A stretch of 64,000 bases of DNA from Carcharhinus longimanus (lineage: Eukaryota): positions 36,158,344 to 36,222,343 of the forward strand of contig JASCQW010000098.1 in the NCBI GenBank assembly GCA_030264375.1, written 5' to 3'. Under the pieces are notes generated by a model, which saw only the letters and a program-made list of their open reading frames with translations, did no database searches and was not told the origin of the DNA. Made by a program: the position numbers and the translations under genes. Shown in pieces: positions 1-12,811 of this stretch (position 1 is the first letter of the stretch; each line of letters opens with the position of its first letter).

Positions 1-88
1 CACACAGGCAGTGACCCAAGCCGGGAATCGAACCCAGGTCCCTGGAGCTGTGAAGCAGCAGTGCTAACCACTGTGCTACTGTGCGGCC
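1..88 (-). mobile_element. HE1/V-SINE-type tRNA-derived SINE, 5' head (cut by window edge)
   Basis: Minus strand reads ...CACAGTGGTTAGCACTGCTGCTTCACAGCTCCAGGGACCTGGGTTCGATTCCCGG, with Pol III A and B boxes; near-identical to the copies at 19238-19576, 21868-21944 and 23953-24293. Confidence 0.85.
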
Positions 89-89
89 A

Positions 90-190
90 TCTTGTTGGTG
101 TCTTGCCCAGTATTTACTCCTCAACTCACAGATTAGCTGGACATTATCTTTTTGCTGTTTTTGGGATCACGTTGTGTAAAATTTGGTTGT
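90..190 (+). mobile_element. DeuSINE (SacSINE1-like) core fragment
   Basis: ggtgtcttgcccagtatttactcctcaac...ttttgctgtttttgggatcacgttgtgtaaaatttgg resembles the Deu-domain and the copies at 10300 and 14130. Confidence 0.6.
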
Positions 191-228
191 CTGGACTCAG
201 ATGAGAACAGCAACTCACCTGGCGAAAG

Positions 229-409
229 GCTGATTAGCCATGCTAAAATTGTTCCTTAATGTCCATAGATGCATAGGTTAGAGGGATTAGTGGGTAAATA
301 TGTAGGGGTATGGGGATTGGGCCTGTGGGATTGCGGTTGGTACAGACTCGATGGGCCAAATGGCCTCTTTCTGCACTGAAGGGTTTCTATGATTCTTTCT
401 GTGATTCTA
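229..409 (+). mobile_element. HE1-type SINE, 3' half with CR1-like tail
   Basis: gattagccatgctaaaattg...gactcgatgggccaaatggcctctttctgcactg, ending in (ATTCTATG)-like repeats; matches the reverse complement of the 3' part of the 19238 copy. Confidence 0.8.
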
Positions 410-527
410 TGGGGAAGGAACAGTGCTCTGAAAGCTCGTGATTCCAAATAAATCTGTTGGACTTTAGTTTGATTTTGTGAAAGTTCTTACTGTGCCCACT
501 CCAATCCACTGCCGGTATTTCCACATC
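410..527 (+). mobile_element. Penelope-like element terminal (pLTR) fragment
   Basis: gaaggaacagtgctctgaaagctcgtgattccaaataaatctgttggacttta...ccggtatttccacatc; related pieces at 19578-19620, 25449-25499 and 32208-32299. The apparent 5' part (about 195-228) lies on the other side of the SINE. Confidence 0.6.
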
Positions 528-1017
528 CCAGCTGAGGATACCATGAGACTTTGCTGAAAGCCCAGAAATCTATTGCAGCAGTGGAACACCAAAGCCGCAA
601 AGAAAACATTGTTTGGCTGACAGCTCTGATTTTCTGATCCATGCTGTCAAGTTCACAATGTTTATTTACACAAGGGAGTAGAGGTTTCAAGTGCTTGCAG
701 TTCCTGCAATTATTACTTTTAAGAGTCTGGATGATTGACACATTTGTTGCTCTGCAGTAAAAAGGAATTTTTTTTTAAAAAATTAAAATTATCAATGAAT
801 GGCAGATTTTTTTTTAAAGGGTTTGTTTTACACATCCTATTGCCACTAATGGTTCATTGGTTCTGTACAGTGTATAGTGAATGAATAAGCATAGAAGTGA
901 AATAGCTTGGCATGCGAAGCATAAAGGGCCAAAGGGATTACTTGGAGTGGCATAACTTGATATCGGGGGCACGAAGAGCCATAGGGACTGGGTGGGTGCA
1001 TAATTTCTTAAGAGGGG

Positions 1018-3298
1018 CATTTGGGTTTTGGAAACTGCAATCTTGTATTACCTGACTTGTACTAGCTTGCCATAGCTATGTGACTGTCATGAGGCTGCCA
1101 TTTCCAGCCAGTTCAATAAAGACTCTCACTGATTACCGATTGAAGTAGTACAGCCATCCTGATACATGAAACATGTCAGTAGATAGTGGCAAAAAATGGT
1201 TTGAAACTTGCAAAAGAAGCAGGGAACCCAAGAATGCAGGAAGGTGCATTTGGCAGAATAGGCCAAAAACTAAGAAAATCATGGCAAACTTTCCAATTCC
1301 ATCTCTAGTCAAAATGAACAGTGATGTGGCAGAATTGGTAGTTCTTCCATTTAGAAAGGCAAAATTATGAAATTGCAACAGGCTTAATTAACAAGCTGGA
1401 AAAGATAAAAGTAGCTATACTGTTAACACTGCTGGGGGCGGACTGTTACAAAGTGTTTACCAGGGAACAAAGAAAATGGAAACTTTTGAAAACTTTAAAT
1501 GCATATTAAATGTGTTCAATATTAGAGTTCAGAATAAAGATGAGACTATTAAAAGTCATAGCACTAATTCAGCTAACAGAATCAAATGAACTTGAATGGC
1601 TAAAAGATGATCTGATTAAGGATCGATTGGTCCGCGGTGAGAGAGACCCCTTGTTGAGAGCAAATTTACTAAAAGATGAGAAACTGACAAAAGCAATGGA
1701 CATAGATCAATACACAGAAGTTGTGAATCAACAACTAAAGCATATGTCTGACAGAGCAGATCAGGAGATGCATTATGCTGAGAGATGGTGCAAGCCGAAA
1801 AAGCTGAGCAATCGCAGACGAAGTGCAGGATGAAAATAGTGCAGAGCACTGCACACAGAGTTAAAGAAGAATTGTCCGATATGGGGAAAGTGAGAAGCAA
1901 AATCATTCTACACACAAATATTTGACCAGAAAAAAGCAGAAGAAGCCTACACAGATGGTCACTAGAGAGTTATCAGCAGCTGAGTCTGAGGAAGAACTAT
2001 ACACAACACAACATGATTGTGTCAGTCAAGTCAATAGGCAACAAGTGGTTTGTGACTGTTACAATGATGATCAGATGAAGTGGCTGTGTGAAGTGGCTCA
2101 ACGTGCAGATCCAAAATGAAATGCTTGAAAGTAAGATTAGAGGCTGTTTGATGGCACAAGGCTCATACTAAGGTGAATTAGTCTGACAACTTAATGCAAT
2201 GGTAAGGAAGAGGTCTTAGTATCTTCCAGATAATAGATGGGATGCAACAACCACTCATCTCAGCTGGAGCATGTCTAAAGCTTGGGCTGGTAACCTTGAA
2301 TATGCCAACAGAGAAAGGGCCACTAAAAGACTCCAAGGAAGGAGCAGAAAGAGATCTCAAAGCAAGGGAGATGGAAAACCCCAGGAAAAGGAAGACAATA
2401 TTCAAGTAACCCATAAGCTGGTTGTAGGCCTTGCCAGTGCAATGAAATGCACCAACTGAAAGTCAATGAAGTAATTCTACAAGAAAATAGTCCTGTCCAC
2501 ATGCAAACTACTCTTTCAACAGCAAAAAAAACTCCTGAAAACAGAGGTATTAACAGAGGTGAGTGAAAAGATCAAAGTGAAATTACAGAAGGACAAATTT
2601 CAGTTTCACAAGACTGCCAAACAGGCAAGTGCAAACTTTCAATGCACTCAACGGGAGTCAGCCCTCAGAATGCATAGGGATACAGTTATCTTGATCATAC
2701 ATCGTGGAGTGCACGAGCATATGAACTAGCCTAGCTGCAGGCATATCCAAACTAGCAAAGCAATTCCTTTGCAGCAAATGGATGGCCAGGAAGGAGGGAT
2801 CTCACCAGCTGAGTAGCGCACTAGCATTAATCACAGAAATCCATGAGTCCCACAATGGAACAACAAGTCACCAAGTCAACAAGGGCCATAGAAATGGCAC
2901 AATCTGGACAAAGAACATCACACAGCCAAACAGTCAATGTCAACATGCATGCATTCCATTAAGAAATCTACATGGTTTAAAGACTATGCACTGCATATTC
3001 AGAGATTGACTAATAAAACAAACAGTTGTTAATGCATGAGAACAGCGGATGTAGCGTGGGTAGCTCACAGTCATACGTGCAAATATATCTTTTGCTCGCT
3101 AGGAAAAACGAGGATGTCTTTTTTTTATATGAAAAGGGGATATTTGGATTTGAAATGCAAACCTGCATTACCTAACTAACTGGACTATCATAATTATGTG
3201 ACTCTGCCATGTGGCAAGTACTGTAGGCTCTCACTTCTAACCAGTTCAGTAAAGATTACCACTGATTACTGAAGTACAGCCGACTCGTACATGAAACA
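1018..3298 (+). mobile_element. Degenerate, internally deleted Gypsy/Ty3 LTR retrotransposon
   Basis: Diverged direct repeats at 1018-1173 and 3141-3298, both ending TACATGAAACA. PBS-like tgtcagtaga follows the 5' LTR and a polypurine tract gaaaagggga (3131-3140) precedes the 3' LTR. Gag-like peptides: MANFPIPSLVKM, NYEIATGLINKLEKIKVAILLTLLG, LKDDLIKDRLVRGERDPLLRANLLKDEKLT. Confidence 0.8.
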
Positions 3299-6200
3299 GT
3301 GTTGGGGGGGGGGGGGCGCGATGTATGGAGGGGTGCTGTGGTGGGCCTGAGGTGGCATGTTTGTGTATGTAGGGCTTAGCAGGTGTGATGGATGAGGGCT
3401 GGAGGACCTTTCTGGTTTTACTTGAACTGGGACAAAGTCCCACAGCCCTCGAAAAAAGTCTGACTCTGCCCTCAACAACCCATGTGGCCGCCTCCAAACA
3501 TATTTCCAGGTCAACACACAGAGGCAGGTGAGCCGAGCTCATAACTTTCCCAACTCCTGCTTCCTGCCTTGAGAGTGAAAAATCAAGCCCGTAGAGTCAC
3601 ATTCAAAGCTTGCTGTTATACAGGCATGGAAATAAATATAGCAATGAGTTTCTTCAAAAAAATACTGGAATGCTATCAGTTAAGAGCAAATCTGCAACTA
3701 TTAATTTGTTCGAGACCAGCCCAAAAGAATAAAAATCACAGCATTCACTTATTCACCCAAGAAAATCCAAAAGGAAAGCCGAGCCCTTGTTCAAATTTCT
3801 GTGCTTAGTGGTTTGTATTCTATCAATCATTAGTCTTGTGCGTTAGTCAAGCTCAAGACACAGATCAGCAGTTGATGGGTTTTTACATTTATCAAATTGA
3901 CTTATGGATCACAGACCAAATGTGGTTTTGGTAAAACGACATTTATTTATCTAACATCAGCTTCTCATGACATCTCAAGGACAATACTCCAGCTTTTTAA
4001 ACACACAAAAGGTGGAAATAAATCAAATGTAACATTTAAGCTTGCTGCAACAAGGAGCAGGAAGGACAAGGGCTCCTCCCCCAAAAATCAGTCCTTTGTA
4101 AAGCAGACTGTGGAAAAAGGCCCCATTGAGCTGCACCACTTGTAATCCCTTTTCACTTTTTCCTGATGAATAAAAGAAAACACGTTTCTATTTTCTTTGT
4201 GTGTCCCACAAAATGCACTTCTGTTTGGCCTGTGATGATGTAAAAATAATTTTATAGGGACCGGGACTAGGTGTGGAGTAACTGGATTACATGCTACTGA
4301 TGAATTGCTGAATAGAACATTTTGCTGAAGAATGCTAAAGGAATCTCCACTCTGTTGGCGGCAAAGGAACCAAATTTCTATTCTCTATTTAAGACTGTGG
4401 AAGGCACAAATGAGGACCCTTTCTAGTTTAATGCTTTTTGCTAATTAGCCATGCACCTAATAAAACATCAACTAGCAGTGGATCTAATGTTTTTTCACAA
4501 CCAAATTAATTATGATACATTCGAGTGTCAGCAGTACTTTTAATGTGCCTCCTTGAGTTATGACACTTATTAACTATCATAAAATGCATTGGCATTGATC
4601 CAACATTTTTGCCTTTTTTACACAGTCCCTAAACATTGAGCAAGATGGGACCGTTGTCAGAATACTGCTGCATCTCAAGAGGGGTACTTTAATCGACATC
4701 TTCATTTAGATAGGAAAAACTTTTGCCAGTCAAATAAAAATGAACACGAAAACTAAAAGAATTAAAGATTTTCCAGCTCTCATATGTTTCGTTATTTTAT
4801 AAGACACCACAGAGCCTTTAACACAGTGGGTCGCTTGACGGGGGTAACTTGATTTGTCTAACTAACAGGAAAGGTCAGTGCCATGTCAAGTTTTATGCAG
4901 TCGTCTTTCTCCATCTGGGAGNNNNNNNNNNGTGGTGCCTATGAATATTCCTAATGCTGGCAGGTTTTTTTTAAATCAGCTCACAAAGACTAACGTTCTA
5001 CTGGTAAGCATGAGAATATAGTATTCACCTCCCCCACCCCCTTCATCAATAAGGCCACTTATCTGAAATGGAAGCAACAAGCTCCGCAGTAATTGTCTCA
5101 CATTATGCCCAGGTCCTTCAAGGACGACAAGGAATTCTTTAAACTCGAGTGTCTCGATTTAATGAGCACAGATTCTAGGGGCTATGATTGTCTTCCAAAA
5201 TACAAGCTTCAAACGTTGCCCATGGCAAAGAGAAAGTGTGTTGAGAAGGACACTTCCCATGCCTGTTACAACACCCTATAGCTCTCAGGAAGGATCAAAT
5301 ACTAGCAGCAGTTACACACTGACAGTATTTTCACTGTGGCAAAGGAGTTTGGACTTTTGAAATTAAAAGGTAATGTACTTATCAGCTCAAAACTATTGTT
5401 TTGTTTCTTTACAAACAGCGCTGCCTCCCTAAAGGAGAGAGAGGAGCCAAAGTAACCAATCATCTTTTAGAAACATAGTACCCTGTATAAAGTAATTGTC
5501 ACAAAAAAAAGGAACAGGCAGCACTTTGCCATTTCCAATGCGTTATTTAATCTTTTACATTATAGCTTCAAAACGCAGGAGTGAAATTAATCCTGATTCC
5601 TGATAAATGACCTCAGGCTTCATCTCCAATGCCTTGTCCAACACAGATGGCACTATTTCTCTGCCGATAAGATGCCAGAATTTCTAGGCTCTTATTCTTT
5701 AGATGATACAGTCCAACTTGTCTTGGCTGATGGCTAAACAGGAAAGAGATGCTGTTGTAGATTTAAGATAAGCTCCTTCCAATGTTACAGTTCATTCTTA
5801 GGCTAAAATGACAAGATACAATCATTGTTCCTTTCACACAATGGGTCTGATTTTTAGTTCCACTTTAGATTCTTAGCTGTCGGTTTGGCTGCTAAATGAA
5901 ATGCTTCACAGAAACAGCCGCTTTTGAGAAGAAGGGCTGGCAGTGATCATTTGTCCTGCTTCAACCACACCTCCTGCTGGCTGACTACAGGCAGCATTAG
6001 GATGGGAAATACAGAATTCCATGGCCTAAGTTGTTCAATGTTATCAGCAGCGGAGAAGGATTCATGAGGGAGGGAGCCAGCAACCATCAAGGTTTAAGCT
6101 AAGCACTGTGGTTAAATGCACAAGTTGGCAAATTCTCTAAGCGTGTGATTCTATTATTGTACCAGTAATTTACTCAACAGCATATGTGCTGATTGAAAGG

Positions 6201-6961
6201 AGTACTACATTCTCCACTGTCATCTTTGACATTGCAACAGGAATCCATTTGAATGTGACAGTATTGATGTGACGGTGGTCATTCTAACAACCATGCAAAC
6301 TACGTTAGCACAAACTGATAGTCAAATTCAGTGCTTGATTCCAAGTCTCCTAGGGAATATTTTTCTCATTAGCAGGAGCCCTGATAAGCTTAAGTGAACC
6401 ACAGCCGAGTTGTTTCTTAGCAGGGGGGTCTTACACAGACTGTGTGCACTTAGGGCATGTATAAAGATGGAAACCAGTTCTGTCTATTTCAATGCCATGC
6501 TCTGAAACTCCAAATTGTAACTGTTCATGGACTAGAGTGCACAATCTGAAAGTGTACCTAGTTGCTTCATCAGAATTGTATTACAGACACTACAGAATAA
6601 AAACTAAGATCTCAAAATCTATTCTGCCCATTTCCTCTCATACACTCAAGTCATCCATAATCCATCATTTCATACTGAGTTAAAATATTGACCCAGTTCC
6701 GCCTTGAATGATTCTCCTGATTGAACATATATTGATGACCAAAAGTAAAGATAAGGTTACGAGGATTATGTTTTACAAGATAACGATTGAAATCATCTCT
6801 CTCTCTCTACAGTAAAGACACTGAAATCACGCTGTGGGATACTAATAAATGCTTAATCTTGTTCTGTTTGTTTACAATGAAGGCAATAACATGTTTAAAA
6901 GAAGTGGGTTAACGCATGAATAACAGACACGTTTATTTTGCTGAGTATGTTCAACGTCAAC

Positions 6962-7098
6962 GGGGTGAATTTTCCCATTCCGCCTGCCACAGGAATTGTA
7001 GCGGGCAGGCGGCAAACCATGGAAATGTCCTTTGACCTCAGGGAGGGGGGGGGTGGATTTTCCGGTTTCAGGGCAAGTGTGGCTGGAAAATCCCACCC
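6962..7098. mobile_element. MITE-like short element with terminal inverted repeats
   Basis: Left GGGGTGAATTTTCC and right GGAAAATCCCACCC are imperfect TIRs around a GC-rich ~137 bp body. Confidence 0.6.
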
Positions 7099-8677
7099 TA
7101 TGTGTTTGTTTCATGTGGTGCAAAATCAAGTCCCAAATATTTATCTTGTGACCAGTTTTGCTATTTTGGAAACAAATGCACAGATTATCATTTATAAAAA
7201 ATACATATACCCAAATTAATTACAGAAGAAAGTGAATCAGAAAATCAAGCTTTCCTTACCCACAGTTTCCCGATTATAAAATGAATAGTTGGAAAGCAAT
7301 GGATCACAAATCCTTGAATTTGATCATCTAGAGCCAGGTATTTCTGAAAATCCATACCTTTAATGCTCTAGAATCATTTGAATCAGTAACTTTGTAATCT
7401 GATAATGATTTGGGCTTCTACATAGAAATTAAAGACCAGTTGGTCATCAAAGGGTTAATTAGAAAATAATTCTGAAGCATTAAAATCAACCAGTTTCAAT
7501 CCAGTGGTTTTTACTTTTGAAAACCATCCAGTCACAAACACAAGCAATGATATTAATGACCCAATGATTACCCTGTAGACTCCAATCAGGCAAAATGTAG
7601 CATTTTAAGCGGGAGGTCATCCCTTGGTTAGTCGATGTCTACATTCACTGAGTTAATGCCGACTGACAGTTTGGAATACAACATAACTAATGAGAAAACA
7701 CATCGCTCTCCCGCACAATAGCTGGTTTTAAAACCATGATGTACATGAAGCTATTTGCTTTGACTACAAACAGTCCTCCAGTAAAGTTAATAAAGTGCCA
7801 CAGTCAGGTTGTGCCCCACTGATGAACCTTACTGCTTTACAAGGAGAATCTTTTCTCGGTGGGAATCTAGAGTAATTTTCCACTTGTCTGCTTCAATAAA
7901 ACATGTGTTTGTCGTGCGTTTTTAGATCAAAGACAACAATATAATGTTTGTACAACACAAACTGCCATTGATATTATGTAGCTGTCTTTACGTTGTATTT
8001 AAAAAGATGATGTTTGCATATATCAGAATGTTGCATTGTCATCTTCAGTGGATGACTAAATCAACCACATCTCACTACATCTCTGGGATATTTCTTCAAC
8101 TACTGCGAGTGCAGATCTTTTTTTTCAATGTCATCTCTAGGGGTCCTGTCACTCTGATCATTACAGCATTGCGGAAAACATATCTGATCAAGGTGTATTG
8201 TTGGCAATTAAGGTTGTAAAATCCAACTAATTAAGCATGGAGCATTTCCACATATTGTGACACTACGGGTGGCTGAGTTTGACATCTCTTTCAATATCTA
8301 AAGCTGCAAACTCTGCACTGTTCCATTAAATATATGGTCAATGCTTCAAAATTAACAAAGTTCAACTGGAAAAAATCCATTCAACTTGGATGTCAACCTG
8401 AACAAAACTAATGATTCCACAAAGAAAAGAAATGAGGAAGTAAAGAAAGCAGAAGGTTGCATCAATTCTCCTCTTCAATCATTTTCTGCAAGAAATTTAT
8501 CTGAAGTCTCCAAATTATGTTTCTTATTAGTTCACCTTTGTATCATTAATAAAATGAATGACATCAACCAACAACAGGTAAGGAGTAATTTTAATTGAAG
8601 TCACCTGATGGCAAATTGATATGACCCAGTCGGCCAACTGTTCTACACGTCGTCCAATTTTACTAAGGGTGAAGCCA

Positions 8678-8804
8678 GGCGTGAATTTTACAGACCCTCC
8701 CACCACTGAGATTTTACGGTCCTGCTGAGGTCAATGGAGCTTTGAATAGTTCGTACATTTTCCACCTTTGTCCTTGCTATGACAGGGCTATAAAATATGG
8801 CCCC
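8678..8804. mobile_element. MITE-like element, degenerate
   Basis: Ends GGCGTGAATTTTAC ... TAAAATATGGCCCC; same size class and end motif as 6962 and 13969. Confidence 0.45.
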
Positions 8805-9073
8805 AGATGTCATGTGAACAGGTTGATTGATGTTATTCGTTTTATTAATGATACAATGGTGAGCTAATAAGAAACATAATTTGGAGACTTCAAGTCAATT
8901 TCTTCTCGCAGAAAATGGTTGAAGAAGAGAATTGAGGCAACATTCTGCTTTCTTTACATCCTCATTTCTTACCNNNNNNNNNNNNNNNNNNNNNNNNNNN
9001 NNNNNNNNNNNNNNNNNNNNNNNNNNNNNNNNNNNNNNNNNNNNNNNNNNNNNNNNNNNNNNNNNNNNNNNNN

Positions 9074-9235
9074 GTTTTTGATAAGAGAGGGGATTAAGGG
9101 TTATGGGGAGAGGGCGGGAAAGTGGAACTGAGCCACGACAGATCAGCCATAATCTTATTGAATGGTGGGGCAGGCTCGAGGGGCTGGATGACCTACTCCT
9201 GCTCCTAATTCTTATGTTCTTATGTTCTTATTATG
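9074..9235 (+). mobile_element. CR1 LINE 3' end
   Basis: gatcagccataatcttattgaatggtggggcaggctcgaggggc...cctactcctgctcctaatt followed by a (TTCTTATG)n tail; 5' part lost in the gap. Confidence 0.8.
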
Positions 9236-10299
9236 TTATGTGGAATCATTAGTTTTGTTCAGTTTGACATCCAAGTTGAATGGATTTTTCCAGTTGGACT
9301 TTGTTAATTTTGAAGCATTGACCATATATTTAATGGAACAGTGCAGAGCTTTCACTTTTAGAAAGAGATGTCAAACTCAGCCACCTCTAGTGTCACAATG
9401 TGTGGAAATGCTTCATGCTTAATTAGTTGGATCTGACAACCTTAATTGCCAGCCATACACCTTGATCAGTTTTCCAGAGTAGTTTAAGTTATGACCAATT
9501 TCATCATTCCCTATAAGGCAGGTCTATATTCCACTTTCATTGGGACCCTACGCATTTTCTCTAACAGTATTTGTGAATTGTCTAAAACAAAATGGGACTT
9601 GATTTTAACTCCTGGGGGTGATGGAAGAGTGAGCGTTGAGGGATCAGAAGCAGGAAGGTTCTGTCAATTTTAGCAGCAGGATCTGATTAAGGTATCACGT
9701 ACTCATTTGCTGACCAGAAGAGCCAGGGACTTAGCAGGAATCAGTTACCAACCTGTTAATGTCGAACATCAGAAGGCTACCAAGGACAGGGGAAAATTGT
9801 CCCTGGCACAAGGCAAGTTCTTACAGAGGGCAATCCTGGCTGAGAGGGGCTGGGAAGCCCAAAATATGAGAGGCTGATAGCTTCCTTACAGTCTCAGGTG
9901 GAACATACATGCCTCAAAAACAATAAAAACAGTAAAAACCCAACATTGCTGTGCCTTTTCCAACTCTGGCTGCCTGCATATGTATTTAATGTAGTGTCTG
10001 AGAATGTGCATTGCATGACCTTGCCATTACAACTTACAATTGTTGGCCTGATCATGGCAGGAAAGGGATTGATATGTCCCTATTTCATTGTAGTTGCCTG
10101 ATTTCTGACACTTGGGTGCAAAGTGAGTTAAAATTGACCACCATTTAGCATGATTCTGGACAATAACATATCACCACTTAAACTCCAAATGATCAATTTC
10201 CACTACAAAATAACGCCAGTAAATTCTATAGATCTCCAAAGGTGTCAGCCACAAGAGTCTGCAGGTTTTTATTTGCTTTAGTCATTTTTATCTGTTGCT

Positions 10300-10663
10300 T
10301 AGTAGTAGTGGCCTCAGAGTCAGAAGCTGTAGTTTAAATTCCATTCCAGAGACTTCAATATATAACTCAGACTGGCATTCTAGTTCAGTACTGAGGGAGT
10401 GCTGCAATGTCAAAGGTGCCATCTTTTTAAGTCATTGAGCTGACACTCTGCCCTGCCAGATGAGAGTAAAATAGTCTATGTTCTATTTGAGGAACAACAG
10501 GGAGCTCTTCCCTGAACAATCCCTCAACAAATATCACTAAAAAACAGATTTGATTATTATTTGTGTGCAAATTGGCTACATTATGAGTGTCTACATTTCA
10601 CTAGCTGTAAAGCACTTCAGAATGCCTGAGGTTGTGAAAGCATAACTGTAAGTCTTACTTTCT
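10300..10663 (+). mobile_element. DeuSINE (SacSINE1-like), near full length, old
   Basis: tRNA-like head gcctcagagtcagaagctgtagtttaaattccattccagagac, cagtactgagggagtgctgca, Deu core, and tail gctgtaaagcacttcagaatgcctgaggttgtgaaag. Confidence 0.7.
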
Positions 10664-11969
10664 ATATTTTTATGTACTTTTTTTCATCTGTGCTGGCAGT
10701 CCTTAACCTAACGGATGTCACTGAATTTAAAATGTAGCCAGTTACATAAAAATGTACTTGAGAAACAATTTTACGCTCCAAATAATGCCCACATTCTTTT
10801 CATTATCAGTTTTTCATGAACTTCACATTAGTACAGCAGTTTCTACTTAAAGCTTTCTATCCATGCCTAAAAATATTTCCCGTCATTAGTTCTCCTACNN
10901 NNNNNNNNNNNNNNNNNNNNNNNNNNNNNNNNNNNNNNNNNNNNNNNNNNNNNNNNNNNNNNNNNNNNNNNNNNNNNNNNNNNNNNNNNNNNNNNNNNAA
11001 AAATATTTCCCGTCATTAGTTCTCCTACGAAATAAGTATAATTCCTCACATCATATAAAGGCTATTCCTTATCACTGTGCTGCCTAAATGAGAGCATTTA
11101 AATGTTTTGTGCAAGATGGAAGCTTAAAGCCTTATCATGAGCTGTATGTCAAGTGTCTCTTGCTTCAAGCCAAGGCCAGGATATCTTTAAAATCATCACT
11201 GGAATTGGTTGATTTGGCCTGTGTCCGCTGGGACCCATCAACAAATGAAAGGATAAATGAAAAGTTTTCACCAGTCTCCCAATTTTAGGATTGGGTTAGC
11301 TCTAGGGTTTGGTTTTGTGCAGTCGCCAGATTCCATTAATTAAGTCAGGCACCATCAGACAACCCTTCATACAACACTTCAAAATGTTACATGTTCTGAA
11401 TACTGTCATAGCTAGTAATCATCATCCAACTGTAAGTTGAACTAATGAGGTCTACTTGCTGACCAACGTATTTGCATGCTCCGTCATTTTTAGTCCCAGA
11501 GTCAGAAATGTGTCCTGCTAGAGCAATGAAAGGACTGTAAACTAATGAAGGTGCTGTAACTGGAGACTGAGAAAGGCTGGGAGAAACTCTAAAGGCCAAT
11601 TTCACAGCCTTGGTAATTTGTGAGCCAAGGACAAACCAGGACTCAGCTTGTTAAATCCAGATTGTTATAAGGTTGTTTCATATATAAATTTAGGACTGAT
11701 TAGGAAAACAGACAGCTCACCAGCATGGGAATTTATACAAAGCATGACATACAGCTACAGGAGGAGTGTGAGAAGCATTGCTTATAGGCTATTAATAGAC
11801 ATGCTGTACAAGCAAAATGCTGTGAAGTATACTCATATTCAACTCTTCATTGCTCTATCCTAATTAAAACTGTATAGTTGCATACTTCATGTTCTACCAT
11901 GAACGCAAATGTTCATTAAAAAAAGTGGAAAAGAAATTGAACTGTAAGTTTGAAAATGTTGATAAGTTG

Positions 11970-12233
11970 ATATGGAATTTAATCCGGACAAATGCGAGGT
12001 GATGCATTTTGGAAGGAAGAATGTAGAGAGGAGCTATGTGATTAAAGNNNNNNNNNNNNNNNNNNNNNNNNNNNNNNNNNNNNNNNNNNNNNNNNNNNNN
12101 NNNNNNNNNNNNNNNNNNNNNNNNNNNNNNNNNNNNNNNNNNNNNNNGGTGTAGGGTGATGTGGCGGCGCGGGCTTGTTGGGCCGAAGGGCCTGTTTCCC
12201 GTGCTGGGCTGTTCTTTGTTCTTTTTGTTCTTT
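11970..12233 (+). mobile_element. CR1 LINE 3' fragment spanning a gap
   Basis: Peptide MEFNPDKCEVMHFGRKN is typical of CR1 ORF2 after the RT core; after the gap comes the tail gggccgaagggcctgtttcc...(GTTCTTT)n. Confidence 0.8.
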
Positions 12234-12467
12234 AAGTAAATTTTAAAGATCGTATCAACATTCTTCTTCAGCTTGTCTTAAATTTCAACAGTAAACACAT
12301 CCTAAATCATCAAAAGAGTGCCGAACACCTTGATTATATTCTCATACTCTTATTTTCTCAAATAGCCAAATGGAATTCTTTCTAGTACAGCTGAAAATAT
12401 TTTGTTCAGATTAAGAGTTGCAAGGATAACTATAGTTGGAATCGGGGCAATATATTGCTAGGGTGAA

Positions 12468-12810
12468 AAAGAAAGAAGTGTCTGAGTTTATATAACACCT
12501 TTCATGCCATCAGGACATCCCAAAGTATTTTATCATCGAAGAAATACTTTTGAAGTATCGTCACTGTTGTAGCATATGAAAAGACAGCAGCAAGTTTGCA
12601 CACACAAGATCCCACAAACCAGAAATCAGATAAATGACCAGATTTTAGTTTTGTTAAGGATAGATGTTGACCAGGACAATGGGGAGAGGATTCTCCTGCT
12701 CTATTATAAATGTTGCCATGAGATCTTTCACCCAAGCGGGCCGATAGAGCTCGGTTCAATTACTTATCCAAAAGATAGCACTTCTGACATTGCAATACTT
12801 CCTCATACCC
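12468..12810 (-). mobile_element. DeuSINE-like SINE
   Basis: The reverse complement carries the Deu core (tggtcatttatctgatttctggtttgtgggatcttgtgtgtgcaaacttgctgc) and tail (tttgggatgtcctgatggcatgaaaggtgttatataaa). Confidence 0.65.
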
Positions 12811-12811
12811 T

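Noticed and set aside
1510-1833. Domesticated gag-derived gene
   Set aside because: The surrounding gag sequence is broken by stops and frameshifts, consistent with neutral decay.
5620-5730. Possible efnb2 exon 3 (a VGQ-like codon run on the minus strand)
   Set aside because: The surrounding translation does not resemble STSNG...GGVC...MKVGQ and no fitting splice sites were seen; exon 3 was not found in the window.
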